This document shows positions 1 through 11,600 of a stretch of 64,000 nucleotides of DNA, piece after piece. The stretch's first letter is position 1. Each line of letters starts with the position of its first letter. Origin of the DNA: Catajapyx aquilonaris (Eukaryota). Where the stretch lies: assembly GCA_000934665.2 (NCBI GenBank), contig KZ538504.1, forward strand, positions 1 through 64,000. The letters are read 5' to 3'. Position numbers and translations under genes: made by a program. The notes under the pieces are model-generated. The model was not told where the DNA came from. It worked only from the letters and a program-made list of their open reading frames with translations, and searched no databases.

Positions 1-40
<40 letters not shown>
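1..40. repeat. (TA)n microsatellite
   Basis: Pure TA dinucleotide run at the window start. Confidence 0.98.
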
Positions 41-43
<3 letters not shown>

Positions 44-463
44 GAAATTTTCATTGCGGGACCTAGTAGGTAAATGTTCAACGTATTAACTTTCATTTTC
101 CTTACATTGCTGCGTTCAGCCATTTTCTAACAAGAGGAAAACAACGTAAGGGTGTCGAAATTTTGGCCCCTTAGTCTACGCATTTTCACCTTCCGTGGAT
201 CAGCAGGGTTCGTTCCACCTTGGAATGTGAGAGCATATGGTATAGTGCAAATGGTGGGAGGGAAACTAGTGACACCCACGATATCTTATACGGAACACTT
301 CGTGAACTGAAGGTTTTGGGCTAATAATAATGGCTCAAAACAGGTCCTAAGAGCAACAATTTGTAGTTTTTTTTGGCACATTTCTAGGACGTTTCACCAT
401 CTCAGCTATAGGTGTGACAATATTTTTCATCTTCAGCTATAATATAGTATAATATAGCTATAA

Positions 464-1543
464 TATAGTCCGGGCCCTAAGCGCAAAAATCAGGCCTAAC
501 CTTGCACTTTGTAATAAGAAGCCACTTGGCACATAATCATGTTCTCTAGGCATATAGGAGCAATTCCAGAGTTGCAGGCAACTGATCGGCCCCTTAGGTC
601 ACGAGTTATGCGGTGTTGCCAACATGGCCGGGGATAACCTGAGCGTTTTTAATGTTGCATTTTGTGATAAGAAGGTACCGCTTGGCGCATTATGTTCCCT
701 AGGTCTGTAGGAGTCGTTTGAGAGATGGCGGCACTTGATCGGCTCCTTAGGTCAGGAGTTATGCGGTGTTGCCAACCTGGTCCGGGACCTAAGCGTTTTG
801 AACCATTTTTAACTTTGCATTTTGGGATAAGAAGGTGCCACTTGGTACATATGTTCCTTAGGCCTATAGGAGCAATTTCAGAGTAGCAGGCAACTGATCG
901 TCCCCTTAGGTCACGAGTTATGCGGTGTTGCCTACCTGATCAGGGAACTAAGCGTTTTAACTCGGCACTTTGTGATGAGAAGGTGCCACTTGGCAGACAT
1001 GTTCCCTAGGTCTATAGGATCCATTTGAGAGATGGCGGCACGTGATCGGCTCCTTAGGTGAGGAGTTATGCGGTGTTGCCAACATGGTCCGGGACCTAAT
1101 CATAACCGCATAAGTCGTGACCTAAGGGGACGATCAAGTGCCGCCAACTCTCAAATGGATCCTCTAGGCCTGGGGAACATGGTTGCCAAAATCCCAAAAT
1201 GAAAAGTTAAAAATGGTTATAAACGCTTAGGTCCAGGACCAGATTGGCAACACCGCATAACTCCTGACCTAAGGAGCCGATCAAGTGCCGCCATCTCTGA
1301 AACGACTCCTACAGACCTAGGGAACATATGTGCCAAGCGGTGCCTTCTTATCACAAAATGCGACGTTAAAAACGCTCAGGTCATCCCCGACCATGTTGGC
1401 AACACCGCATAACTCGTGACCTAAGGGGCCGATCAGTTGCCTGCAACTCTGGAATTGCTCCTATAGGCCTTGGGAGCATATGTGCCAAGTGGCACCTTCT
1501 TATCACAAAATGCAAGGTTAAAACGCTTAGGGCCCGGACTATA
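464..1543. mobile_element. Foldback-like element whose arms are tandem ~150-bp units (4 forward, ~3 inverted)
   Basis: Perfect 20-bp terminal inverted repeat TATAGTCCGGGCCCTAAGCG (464-483) / CGCTTAGGGCCCGGACTATA (1524-1543). The motif GAGTTATGCGGTGTTGCC recurs at ~603, 757, 915 and 1063, and its reverse complement at ~1104, 1248 and 1400. Confidence 0.85.
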
Positions 1544-1613
1544 AGTAGTCGGGGAGTGGGTTAGGATTCCGAACATATGCAAAAATACACACCAACATAC
1601 TTTTTGCTTTACC

Positions 1614-3048
1614 CAGGGTGATCTAAATGAACTGTATTAGTGGTTCGCGATTTTTTTGGCACAAATATGCTAATTTTAAGCAGTTACTTTGGAGCACCTA
1701 TAACTTCAGTTCCTTTGGTAGTTATCAAAAGTATTAGCTGCTATTATTAGGTTGCGTTAGCCCAACCGTTTTTGACGCTTGCAATAATATATTAGGCGTA
1801 TTCGGCAATTCAGGAATCTAACTTCCTGGGCTGTTTGGATGTTCGGCAAATCAGGTGCCACGCCCCCTGAAGTAAGTGCGCATGCGCCCTACCTGACTTC
1901 CCAAGCTCAGGAACTTAGTGTACTCCTGACCTGACTTACTTGCTGAGAAACAATTAACAAACAAATTATTGTTTTGGATGCAGCAGTGTTGCCAATGCAA
2001 AATGCCCCAAAACCCCGCGAGAGGACCTGAAAATACCCGATTTTACCCGCATTTTCATTTTACGCGCACCATTACCCGCAAGCGTACGAAATATGGCACC
2101 GAAATACCCGAACATTGGCATATCACTGGGATGCAGCACAGGCGGGTAGGGGGGTCTCTCAGTTCGGCCGTTCGGCAATAATCTTCTGAGGGGCAGGGCT
2201 AACAACTCAGATATCACGTGACGCATCTCAGAATAATCTGAATTGCCGAATACGCCTATTGTAAGAGGGTCTGGCCTTCTAAAAAAAAGGGGGGGGGGGG
2301 GTTCAGTCACTGATGTTCGATGCTAATTGTTTCAATTGGCCACTCCCAGTCGGAAATTCATAACAATGGGGTCCTCACCTTGGCCTGGGATTTGGGTAAT
2401 TTGTACATGAATATAAACATCATGTATTCCACCACTTTTCGGCACCAAAATGTCATTACTTGATTTATCGGAGGTTTAAAATTCACTCTCAATTTGGCGG
2501 GAAAAAGGAGGGCGTGGTCCAAAAATCGCATTCCCACTCCTGCCTAACCATGCTAACAGTGACGTCAGCAGACTGTTTCCTGGCGGTCGTTCGATTCGGC
2601 TTTACTGGCGGTCGTTCGATTCCGTTGTTAGGCAACAAACAAAGGAACAAAGCAGCCCGGGTGCATTCCCGCCTTTGCACCGATCTGTTTAGCCACAGTG
2701 ACGTCAGAGGGCAATACAATACTGTATTTAATTATTATGATCTTAGGCCGATCATGGCTCGAAAACTAATAGGCTATGTACCGTATATCTTCAAACACAA
2801 AACACCAAAATTCATTTAAAAATAAGGTCGATTTTTACATGGGTTTGCGAAATGTAGGCTAGGACCCCATTCAGAGCTTGAATCTGCTTGAATGGATGAT
2901 TAAATTCAGCGTAACATTAACAGCTAATACTTTTGATAACCACTATAAAGTAACCAGGAAAAAGTACTACCTTTTAAAAATTAACAAATTAGTAGACCGG
3001 CTACCAAAAATCGCTAACCACTAATTTCATTTCAATTGGAACACGCTG
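1614..3048. mobile_element. Degenerate non-autonomous DNA transposon with Tc1/mariner-like ends
   Basis: Left end CAGGGTGATCTAAATGAA..ATTAGTGGTTCGCGATTTTT aligns with the reverse complement of the right end AAAAATCGCTAACCACTAAT..CAATTGGAACACGCTG. Related sequence lies at 17189-17621. Confidence 0.6.
1793..2258. mobile_element. MITE nested inside the 1614-3048 element
   Basis: Perfect 21-bp TIR TAGGCGTATTCGGCAATTCAG (1793-1813) / CTGAATTGCCGAATACGCCTA (2238-2258). Confidence 0.75.
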
Positions 3049-3908
3049 TTTCCATGTACAATACCGGTATGCTTACATAATTTTGCATCAATAAAACCAG
3101 ATTGCTCTTTAATTTAATACGATCTGACTAGCAAGAATAAGCAATCAACTGTTTCGATACACGTCCCTAAAACTGATTGTTGAATAAGTGCTGGAATTTA
3201 AGTTTTTCACTGGCATATTATTAAGACACATACACCTTGTATAGCAAAGCTTACATTCGTATCGGTGTAAATTTCACGCCCCCATGAGTCATGTTGTTTC
3301 ACTCCTTTGGATTCACTCACCCAGCTGGTAAAGAAGTACCGTACCAATATACTGTATGTATTATTTGAATCAGGAACATCCGCGAAATACGCGAAAGCAC
3401 CAATACGCATATGAGCTGAACTGTTACGAATGGTATATACGTATGAGTTGAATCTACAGGGTCATCGAAAATGAATGACCCATTTTAAAACCCTATAACT
3501 CAAAAACTTGTAGAGATATCATAATGATTGAAGTTATGAAATGTTAAGAAATGTCCAAAGTTTTGGTCTTACCATAGTTTGTTTCGTCTGGCGTTACCGT
3601 TGAAATCTTTTCCCGTATAGGTGATGGAGATTGCGAATCTTTTCACCACACTTGTGTCTCCACAAAACAGTCCATTGGGGTAAGATCTGGTTNNNNNNNG
3701 GGGGGGGGGGGGTAGGCAATGGGAAACTTATCATGGATGAAGCGACTTTTTATGCGCATCATCAAGAACAATGTTTGTGGTGTAAAGACCCGTCATATGC
3801 AGGACCTACAGGATAGGATTGCAACGGTAACTCCAGATATGATTGAGCGAGTTAGGCACGACACCGATTACCGCCTTTTTAAAATCTGCCGAGCGACAAA
3901 TGAAGCTC

Positions 3909-3911
<3 letters not shown>

Positions 3912-3967
<56 letters not shown>

Positions 3968-4295
3968 CCTGGTAGTGCCTGACCATCTTGGGGTATGCGG
4001 CACGGACCTTTATTGTATCTTTATTGTACATACACTGGAACCTGATTTTTGAAGCGCCCGGGCCCACTGGCAGGATGACAGGAGGGGATGTGCAAGGTGC
4101 AGTGCAATGTCTTAATGTGGCTATTTTTAGTGAACTCCCCCGGGTGGTTTAGTCTGTGGAAATACCACCCGAGACGAAGCCAGAGGTGACCCTGAACTCT
4201 GCACGAGATGAAGGGGGTGTCCCCGGGTTGGGATCGAACACGGGACGTTAACATTCGTGGGCGCATACGTTACCGCAGCACCACTCCGCCTCACC
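3912..4295 (-). mobile_element. tRNA-derived SINE, family A
   Basis: Minus-strand head GGTGAGGCGGAGTGGTGCTGCGGTAAC..GTTCGATCC (A/B boxes), (ATT)n tail and 15-bp TSD CAAATGAAGCTCATA (3897-3911 / 4296-4310). Closely similar to 58330-58736. Confidence 0.92.
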
Positions 4296-4357
4296 CAAAT
4301 GAAGCTCATATGGAAACAAACGAAGGTGAGACCAAACTAACTTTTGACCTTTCGTAG

Positions 4358-4676
4358 TACAGTAGAACCCCAATTATCCGACCGTCCCGCTCCGGCAATA
4401 AATCTGTTCTCTCATCAAATACTGTAGTATTCTACGCATCTGTTTGTTTTGCCTTAGTTAAATTGTAAATGCAGTACAGTATGTACGTGTGTGTAAACGA
4501 TCGAAAAAGACTTCACTATATTTCTTAGAAAACCATAATATTGTACGTTATTTCATGTTTTTGTTTTTTTAAATTCTGATTTATTAAAGTTTTTTACTCC
4601 TCGGATTATCAGACCTTTTCGGTTATCCGACGATGCCCCAGTCCCGTGAGTGACGGATAATCGGGGTTCTACTGTA
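4358..4676. mobile_element. pogo/Tigger-like MITE
   Basis: TIR TACAGTAGAACCCC(A)ATTATCCG / CGGATAATCGGGGTTCTACTGTA with TA target and subterminal TTATCCGA repeats. Confidence 0.85.
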
Positions 4677-5916
4677 TTTAAAAACTGAAATCATTAAGAT
4701 ATGTGTGCAAGTTTTCGAGTTATAGGGCTTTTACGTAAAATGGGACATTCTTTTTCGATGGCCCTGTATTTCTCTGTCTAAAATGATTACGAATATCATG
4801 CAGAAGTTAACTGTCGTGTTTGTTGCTGCTGTTCCTCTCGAATGAGCTCCGCCAATCGGGAAAATCCCTGGAAAAGAAAGGAACACGTTACTAGGAGCTA
4901 ATTGCTGTTATTTTGCATAGAAATAAACACCTTTCCAATTAACACATCTACGATAACACAGTCTATTTCTACCTTGGGCTGTGAGGCCATGTCGGGGCGA
5001 CCCCCTTAAACTAAATCTTAAAAATGTAGTCTATTTCTAGCGTGTATACATCCCGTCTAGGGTACAATACCGGTATCTCATACACGGTACTACTGTAGTA
5101 TGACCGCCATTTTTCAGGCTACCCTAACAGGATACCTCGATCGCTATACCACATTCCATTTTTATCTTTCTTTGACCATTGCAGCCGGAGTTAAATTTCG
5201 TTCATGTGACTGGATATTTATACATGGTGCCATGCACATAATATCACAACGTGCTACCTCGCGTGCCTCTATATGCATGCCAGTCAACCGTGCAGTCAAC
5301 CGACACAAAATAACCGATCTATCCCCCTGTTGCACACCGGTTTGTTGCGTGGGAAAGCTTTGATTAACGCATTACGCAACTTTGTATGGATTTATTTATG
5401 GGGAGTTTCCAGGCGTGCCGGGGGACAATTTGGCCGCTGAAACAGAAAGTGATCCCTTTTTATGTAGTCATTCGTGCTATTAATTTGGCTTTCATTTAGT
5501 GCTTCGCTCTCTAATGTAGGCGCATGCAACTGCTTGTGTACCTGTAAAGGGACATAAATTAATTCCGGACTTCCAGAATGTTCTGCGCAATATCGAATTG
5601 CTAATGTAGAACTGGGATGACACTGGATCCAACAGGTGGCTCGCACACTTGTGAACGGCACATGTGAGAGTAGGCAGAAACTCCCGCGTAGGAAGCACTG
5701 TTCTCTATCTATACATTGTCAGCCGAATTTGGCGAGACTAACGCTAAATCGCCGCATGTTGTGATGGATTGGGCTGTACTGGTCCTTGGAACCGAATGAA
5801 TTCAGCGGCAGCTCCTATCTGTCATGCGGAAGGCATCGCCACAAACAATGGACCAGAGGAATTGATCTCATCTGAGTCAGTTCCAAGTGTAACCACCTTG
5901 GATCCGGACTTGAACA

Positions 5917-6132
5917 ATGTGGTGTCTGCAGCTCCTGTTGTTGCCTGTGACCTGCCTTCTGGCTGTAGGTTGGGTCAAACAGGGCGAACTGGTCAAGTTA
6001 GATTGCCCCGTGGCTACGGAAGGGTTCGTGCGTGTCGTATGGGTCGTACCTGCCGGGGAAGTGGTTTCGTCGGACCTGGATATTGGACATAAGTATTCTT
6101 ATTGGGCATCTACAGGGTCCCTCATAGTCAAG
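5917..6132 (+). CDS. Single-Ig-domain type I membrane protein, coding exon 1 (signal peptide and first half of the Ig domain)
   Basis: ATG at 5917; hydrophobic leader MWCLQLLLLPVTCLLAVG; Ig B-strand Cys (KLDC) and C-strand Trp (VVW); phase-0 donor AAG|GTAGCG at 6133. Confidence 0.85.
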
Positions 6133-6195
6133 GTAGCGTCACGTGAGTGCTTAACTTTGTCTACATATTTCCGACACCCTGTGATTTAATTGCAG

Positions 6196-6321
6196 AGGGT
6201 TGACCCCCGGGATGAAGGGGAATACCAATGCACAGCCCGGTTTGCTTCTTCCGAGCTTAAATCAGCCACGATCAAGATACTGGTGGAAAAGATATGGAGT
6301 CTGTGGGGCCAAGGTTACAAG
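6196..6321 (+). CDS. Single-Ig-domain membrane protein, exon 2 (Ig F-strand DxGxYxC)
   Basis: Follows a 63-bp intron ending TTGCAG; encodes RVDPRDEGEYQCTARF...KIWSLWGQGYK; phase-0 donor AAG|GTACTG at 6322. Confidence 0.88.
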
Positions 6322-6405
6322 GTACTGTACAGCCAATGGTGTTCTACATCTTCGGGGGCTTCGGTAATTGAAAATCGACCCACATTAGCACAAATCAAGT
6401 TCGTT

Positions 6406-6782
6406 GGGGAGGTGCGGTGGCCGAGGTGGTAACGTCTCGGCTTGCTGAGTGAAAGGTCCAAGGTTCAATCCTCGCCTGGGAGCTCCCTTTCGCCTGCGTC
6501 AGGAGGGTCTCTAACCCGCGCCTTGGAGGTGTCTGGCAACCTAACCTCCTGGGGCACAGCGCATGACCGTCATTGCACTTGCACCCATGTTTCCTCCCCG
6601 AAAATCCCCACCTTTACCATATGTCCTTGATTCCTTGCACCGGAGAGTGAAGAAAAAGTACAATACTAGGAAACTGATGGTGGTGTGCCACCCTCCTATA
6701 AGGGCTTAGAGCTCTCTCTCTCCCTCTCTCTCTCTCTCTCTCATGGGATAAAATAAATAAATAATCAATAAATCAATCAATC
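6406..6782 (+). mobile_element. tRNA-derived SINE, family C (in intron 2 of the Ig gene)
   Basis: Head GGGGAGGTGCGGTGGCCGAGGTGGTAA..GGTTCAATCC; A-rich tail; TSD AATCAAGTTCGTT (6393-6405 / 6783-6795); homologous to copies at 45724, 49682 and 56282. Confidence 0.9.
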
Positions 6783-6966
6783 AATCAAGTTCGTTCTAAA
6801 TATTCGTAAGAAAATCCAGCTGTTTCTATGGGAAGTCTAATATTGGGAACACTTCAATTTGGTGCACATTGTGGAGTATAATTCGCATAGTTGTAATGGG
6901 GTCGCAGGTAATTTTTGCTCCCATGATGCAGTTCGCTCGTGAATTCGCTGATGTTGGCTCTTTCAG

Positions 6967-7081
6967 GAAAACCTGATCCGCGGGGGCGTCGCTGCCGGAA
7001 TCACCTTGGCTATCACCATCTTGGCATGCATAATCTACAAGTATCGATGGAAGAGGCCAAAATCGCAGATATCCAACCATG
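6967..7081 (+). CDS. Single-Ig-domain membrane protein, exon 3 (transmembrane helix)
   Basis: Acceptor CTCTTTCAG; encodes ENLIRGGVAAGITLAITILACIIYKYRWKRPKSQISNH (TM followed by a basic stop-transfer); phase-1 donor G|GTAAGA. Not present in the ORF track. Confidence 0.85.
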
Positions 7082-7913
7082 GTAAGATACATTAGCATAC
7101 AAATATTCGCTTAATGTCCTCAACCTACGGACATGACAATTGCATTGCGTATATTATGCAAATGTGCAGAAGTATGCAGAGTGGCCGGTGTCACAAATGC
7201 AGGCGACCGGTATTGATATCCATACGTATATCACTCCGGCAGCCTTGGAATATATTTAACTGAGGGCAAGGTTCACTCTAACTATCCAATGCAAAATCAT
7301 AAGTGTGTCAGGCGCTAGACCTGTGACCTAGGCTCGATTAATTCCGGTACTCGAAGTCGAAATACGGAATTAATATAAACCGTGGCTGCTATACAATGTA
7401 GATTATAAATCATGCCTCACTCACATGCCGAGAGAAAAAAAAATCAATTTCAAAAAGTTCCCAAAGTCATGATTATTTTCTGGAACAATCCTGGATTACC
7501 ATAACGATATTTCAACATGACAAGGCCGAACTCTGCTACAAATTCCGTATGATACTTACGACGAGTTTGACGTCATCTGGACAACTATAGTCCATGACTT
7601 TTAACTCATCTTTCCATGATCACATATATGCAAGCGCATTTGTTAAGACAAGCCTGTACACTGAACAGAAGTGCAGACAAGTAGTGACGTTCGATCACAA
7701 CGTAACCTACTTAAGTCCGGACGCAAATCAATAGTCATGTTGAAGGACCTTAAGCGCGAATTCACCCCTAATTTCAGAGTGTTGCACATCAAAGTGACTG
7801 GTATGTAGTTATGTACTGTGCTGTGTAGGCCTAAGTATTGTGCTGTATGTAGCGGTAGTGATGTACGACTTAAATTACGTTTTCCATAATTAATACAATT
7901 CGTGTATTTCCAG

Positions 7914-8386
7914 ATGAAGCGCCCGCACCTACCCGAATTCCTAGACCAAGTATTCACCCCACAACCCCCCCACGAAAGGAAATGGGCATGGACAACCTCG
8001 CCCTTGAGATAGACCCTGACGATTTGACAAGCAAATCAAGAGACTATGTGGCAAAGGTCATACATGCTGAAAGCGACGAAGTCAAACCCTGCGACACCGC
8101 AGTGGTCAAGAGTGAAGAGCAAGGTCCGTCTGGAATCAACAACGTGCACAAGAAATCTGAGCCTCTCATCATGCCGGAAATCAAAACTGAAGAAGTACCG
8201 ATGGAGGATATCAGCTTGGATATCAATCAAGATGGCCCAGTGGACAATCAAGTAGTTCTTATTGAGAAAGTAGAAACGGACAATGTCTGCAATAATGTGT
8301 CGCACCCGAAGCAAAAAGAGATTGATGGAGACATTGTCCTCACACAGCTAAGCAAGAAAGACCTAGAAAGTATTACACAAATGTAA
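7914..8386 (+). CDS. Single-Ig-domain membrane protein, exon 4 (acidic cytoplasmic tail and stop)
   Basis: Acceptor TATTTCCAG; the phase-1 join gives DEAPAPTRIPRPSIHPTTPPRKEMGMDNLALE..., in frame with ORF 7982-8386, ending ESITQM*. Confidence 0.82.
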
Positions 8387-8566
8387 ACCACGAATTCCAT
8401 GTACGATAACATACGAGAAAATTATTATGTTCCAATATAATTAGAAAAAATAATATGCAGTCTAGCAACATCGCCGCAAATTTCAGTTTAAATCAGAGTA
8501 AACATTTTCAATCGAGTAAATCCCACGCATGTAACATAATAATAATAATAATCAAATCAAATTCAA

Positions 8567-8568
<2 letters not shown>

Positions 8569-8639
<71 letters not shown>
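8569..8639. repeat. (AAT)n microsatellite
   Basis: Direct observation. Confidence 0.95.
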
Positions 8640-8640
<1 letters not shown>

Positions 8641-11600
8641 GGAAGTGCATTGCCTGTGTGGCATCCGGCACGGAACTGTTATTTGATTTAGGATGATCTT
8701 GAATATTGTATTTCCCTAACAATAATGCACTTGTTACTCTGTTCCTTGAGACCACTGGATCTACTACCTTCGCGTATGATGTCGCTTTCTTTTTATGACA
8801 CTTTTTGAACACCCATTTCAAGCCGCCACTTTGACGTGCCATGTGGCAGGGAAACTGTACAACTGATCATGTCAGAGATTGCGTAAAATGATGACTACAT
8901 CGTACAGGCAAGAAAGATATAAATCTGCACTTTTTTAAAGCCATATTCGGGTGTATTCCATCCTGTCTGCACTAATGGGCATTTATCGTGTTTCCCGAGA
9001 GCAATACCGCGAAGTATTTACAAACATACCAGCACAGGGTAATGATAGCATTGTTATGATGGCATTGGTCTTTTTACTCTCTAACGGACCTAATCTGGAT
9101 ATCGGAGGTAACTTAACAATGGGGAAACTACCACGGTAGTATCTAAATCCATTGAACTAAAAACCAAGTTACCAAATGGGTAAGTGACCTCTGGTATCCA
9201 AACTAGGGCCCTAAATGCTATTGTTGATGACAACAATCTATATAACATTCCATATTACACAAAATGCGCCTCTAATTCACGTTCCGTCCCACAGTCTTAT
9301 CGTCTATGTAAAAATGTTTGTAAGTTTACTAACAAATGCGCAGCTGCGTTGTGGACTATAATTATATAACCACTAAAAATAAACAAAAAGAAACAAAGTA
9401 CGTTGTAAGTCTACATGATTATATTTTACGTCTTGAAATTTTTATCGTCATAATATATGAAGACGAACATTTCCCCCACGATTAACCACACATGACGCAA
9501 AGTTCCTAGGGAATGGGAGTGTGCATCCGCCTGTTCATGACTGTGGGTCTTTTGACACTTCCCAGAAAACATTTGTTTGTCTTGGGGCTTTCCGGGTGAG
9601 GCTTCCCTCAGTTTAGAAAAGATCATCCGCTGCTGCATCCAGGGGAGGGTAGAAAAAAAGGTTCAAGACAAGAATCTCCTTGGAAGGTGTCCAATATCCC
9701 CTTTTATACGCAGGAGAATATTTGCGCCTACCAATATTTCCTATCTGCATGCAAAGAGGACTGCGCATCTGGAACCTCCAACAAGCCTAGTTTATGGCTC
9801 TTAAAAGCAGAAAAGGGCAATAAAACACATGTCTCGACCCTGACACATATATACCGTCATATACAATTGGGCAGCAACCAGGGCAGTCATTATGTTAATT
9901 ACAGCCTGCGACAATAACTCACTTTTTGGCGCATGTTACTAGCAGCAAATCATTCACGATGAACAGGATATTCAGAATATACAGCAGGTGGAGTAGGTTT
10001 ATCGAGGAAGTACAGTAGCTGTCGGTAAGTTCATATGTGCAAGTATTCAAATAACTCTCAGCTTTCAAGCTAGCGGCTGCTATACTTCGCACACTTTCAT
10101 CGATAATTACAATATCGGCCGGAGTTTCAAAGCGGTTCAGCGTTTAATTAAAAAAAGAAACTACGGCAAAGTATATGGATTAGTAGCAACAAGTACGTAA
10201 TCGGCTGGCAAATAATGATATTGACTCGCCCTGTAAGGGATGTAGACTCTGAAAAATTATGCTCAGCCCAATGAACACGAGGGGAAATTAATTTCTCAAA
10301 GAGTGTAGAGTCACATGTCATCACTTCTCTTTTTTGCATACCGGTATATTATGCATCACATTCACACAATGCATTCACAAAATTTACAATGTTGACGCTT
10401 CCTAACAATTCGTTACTTTGAGCCTTACAACGGTTGCTTCTGTATATGGTGGTGCAAAAGGAGCGCCACTTTCCCTATATGTTCCTGCTATAATCCAAGA
10501 AAATCATACGATCTGTTTACTTTCATCACGCACAGTACAATAGTGAACTCTAGCCGAAGGGATGCTGTAAGAAGCTGCCATGACCTTCACAGTACCGTTG
10601 ACTGGACACCCGATGCCATCGCGTGTATGATACAAGCATTACATAACAAGACTACAGTATATACACAGGATGATTAAAATCACTGAAATTATTTCGAGAC
10701 ATCACCTGATCCCTCATTTCCATACATTTTCTCAGGGGACTGTAATTGCTCCATGAACTCATAAAAATATACAATTCAGTACTCATATCCCACGATAGTA
10801 CTTGAGGTGCACACGAATGCACCGGGTCTTCGTCCTATTATGTAATATATTACTGGCTGTCTAATGCTGCACATTCCTATGCTTATATGTGGCATGATGG
10901 GGGGGGGGGGGGGTTAGCGTCCTTACCCCAGAAAACATTGACTCTCCTTTTGTTACACGAATTTTCGCACACACAAGTGCGTTAGTGCAGCGCAGTCGCC
11001 AAGGTGCACGGGTGCGCCGTCGCGTTTTAGGCGTTCCCCCACCCCTACCACCCACAAAAAAGGACCATTCGGGGCATTTTGGGCCCACTCAGCCACGGGT
11101 TGATTCGTGGGCAAGTCGGGTCTTCCTACACGTCCGGCGTTTTCAGAGCGTGAGTGCGTGAGTGTGTGCCCAGTTTTGGGTGCACCAATTTCCAGAAGAC
11201 ATGATGAAGCTTTTTGGTAAGGAACGAGCGCACGTGCCCATGACGGAATGACCGCAAGTACGGTGTTAATGGTGCGTGTGAGGTGAATCTTTTCTGGTTT
11301 TGAAGGATACCAGATAATTTTTTTCGAGAGGAATTCATATGAGCCAACGAGTCATCTTCCACTGCTCGAAGTGAGAGGTGAGTCGGCTACTTGCTATACT
11401 GCTTTTTACCTACAAAATTATAATCAAAGTGGAAATCACATTTTAGCCACAACTTTTGAAAACTCCAGCGTATATTACATGTGGTGACATAGTTGAACTG
11501 TTACGTATATTTCATAAGTTTGAACCAACTTTATTGTACAGAAGGTTCGTGACGTGCTTGGCATGCAATAAAAAAGCATTTAAAAACTTCACCTTGCCAG

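Larger units (their letters stand above)
3455..4768 (+). mobile_element. Internally deleted Tc1/mariner-superfamily transposon with a C-terminal transposase relic
   Basis: TIRs TACAGGGTCATCGAAAATGAATGACCCATTTT / AAAATGGGACATTCTTTTTCGATGGCCCTGTA with TA ends. ~3760-3910 translates IKNNV..DLQDRIATVTPDMIERVRHDTDYRL..CRATNEAH, typical of a Tc1-like transposase C-terminus. Interrupted by a SINE and a MITE. Confidence 0.8.

Noticed and set aside
464..1543. CRISPR-like array of regularly spaced repeats
   Set aside because: The whole ~150-bp unit is repeated with no unique spacers, orientation inverts midway, there are no cas genes, and the context is eukaryotic.
3719..4067. ORFs with poly-N/I/Y/L tracts (also at 8455, 15485, 35665, 56165, 57200 and 58063)
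   Set aside because: They are translations of (AAT)n microsatellites or SINE tails.
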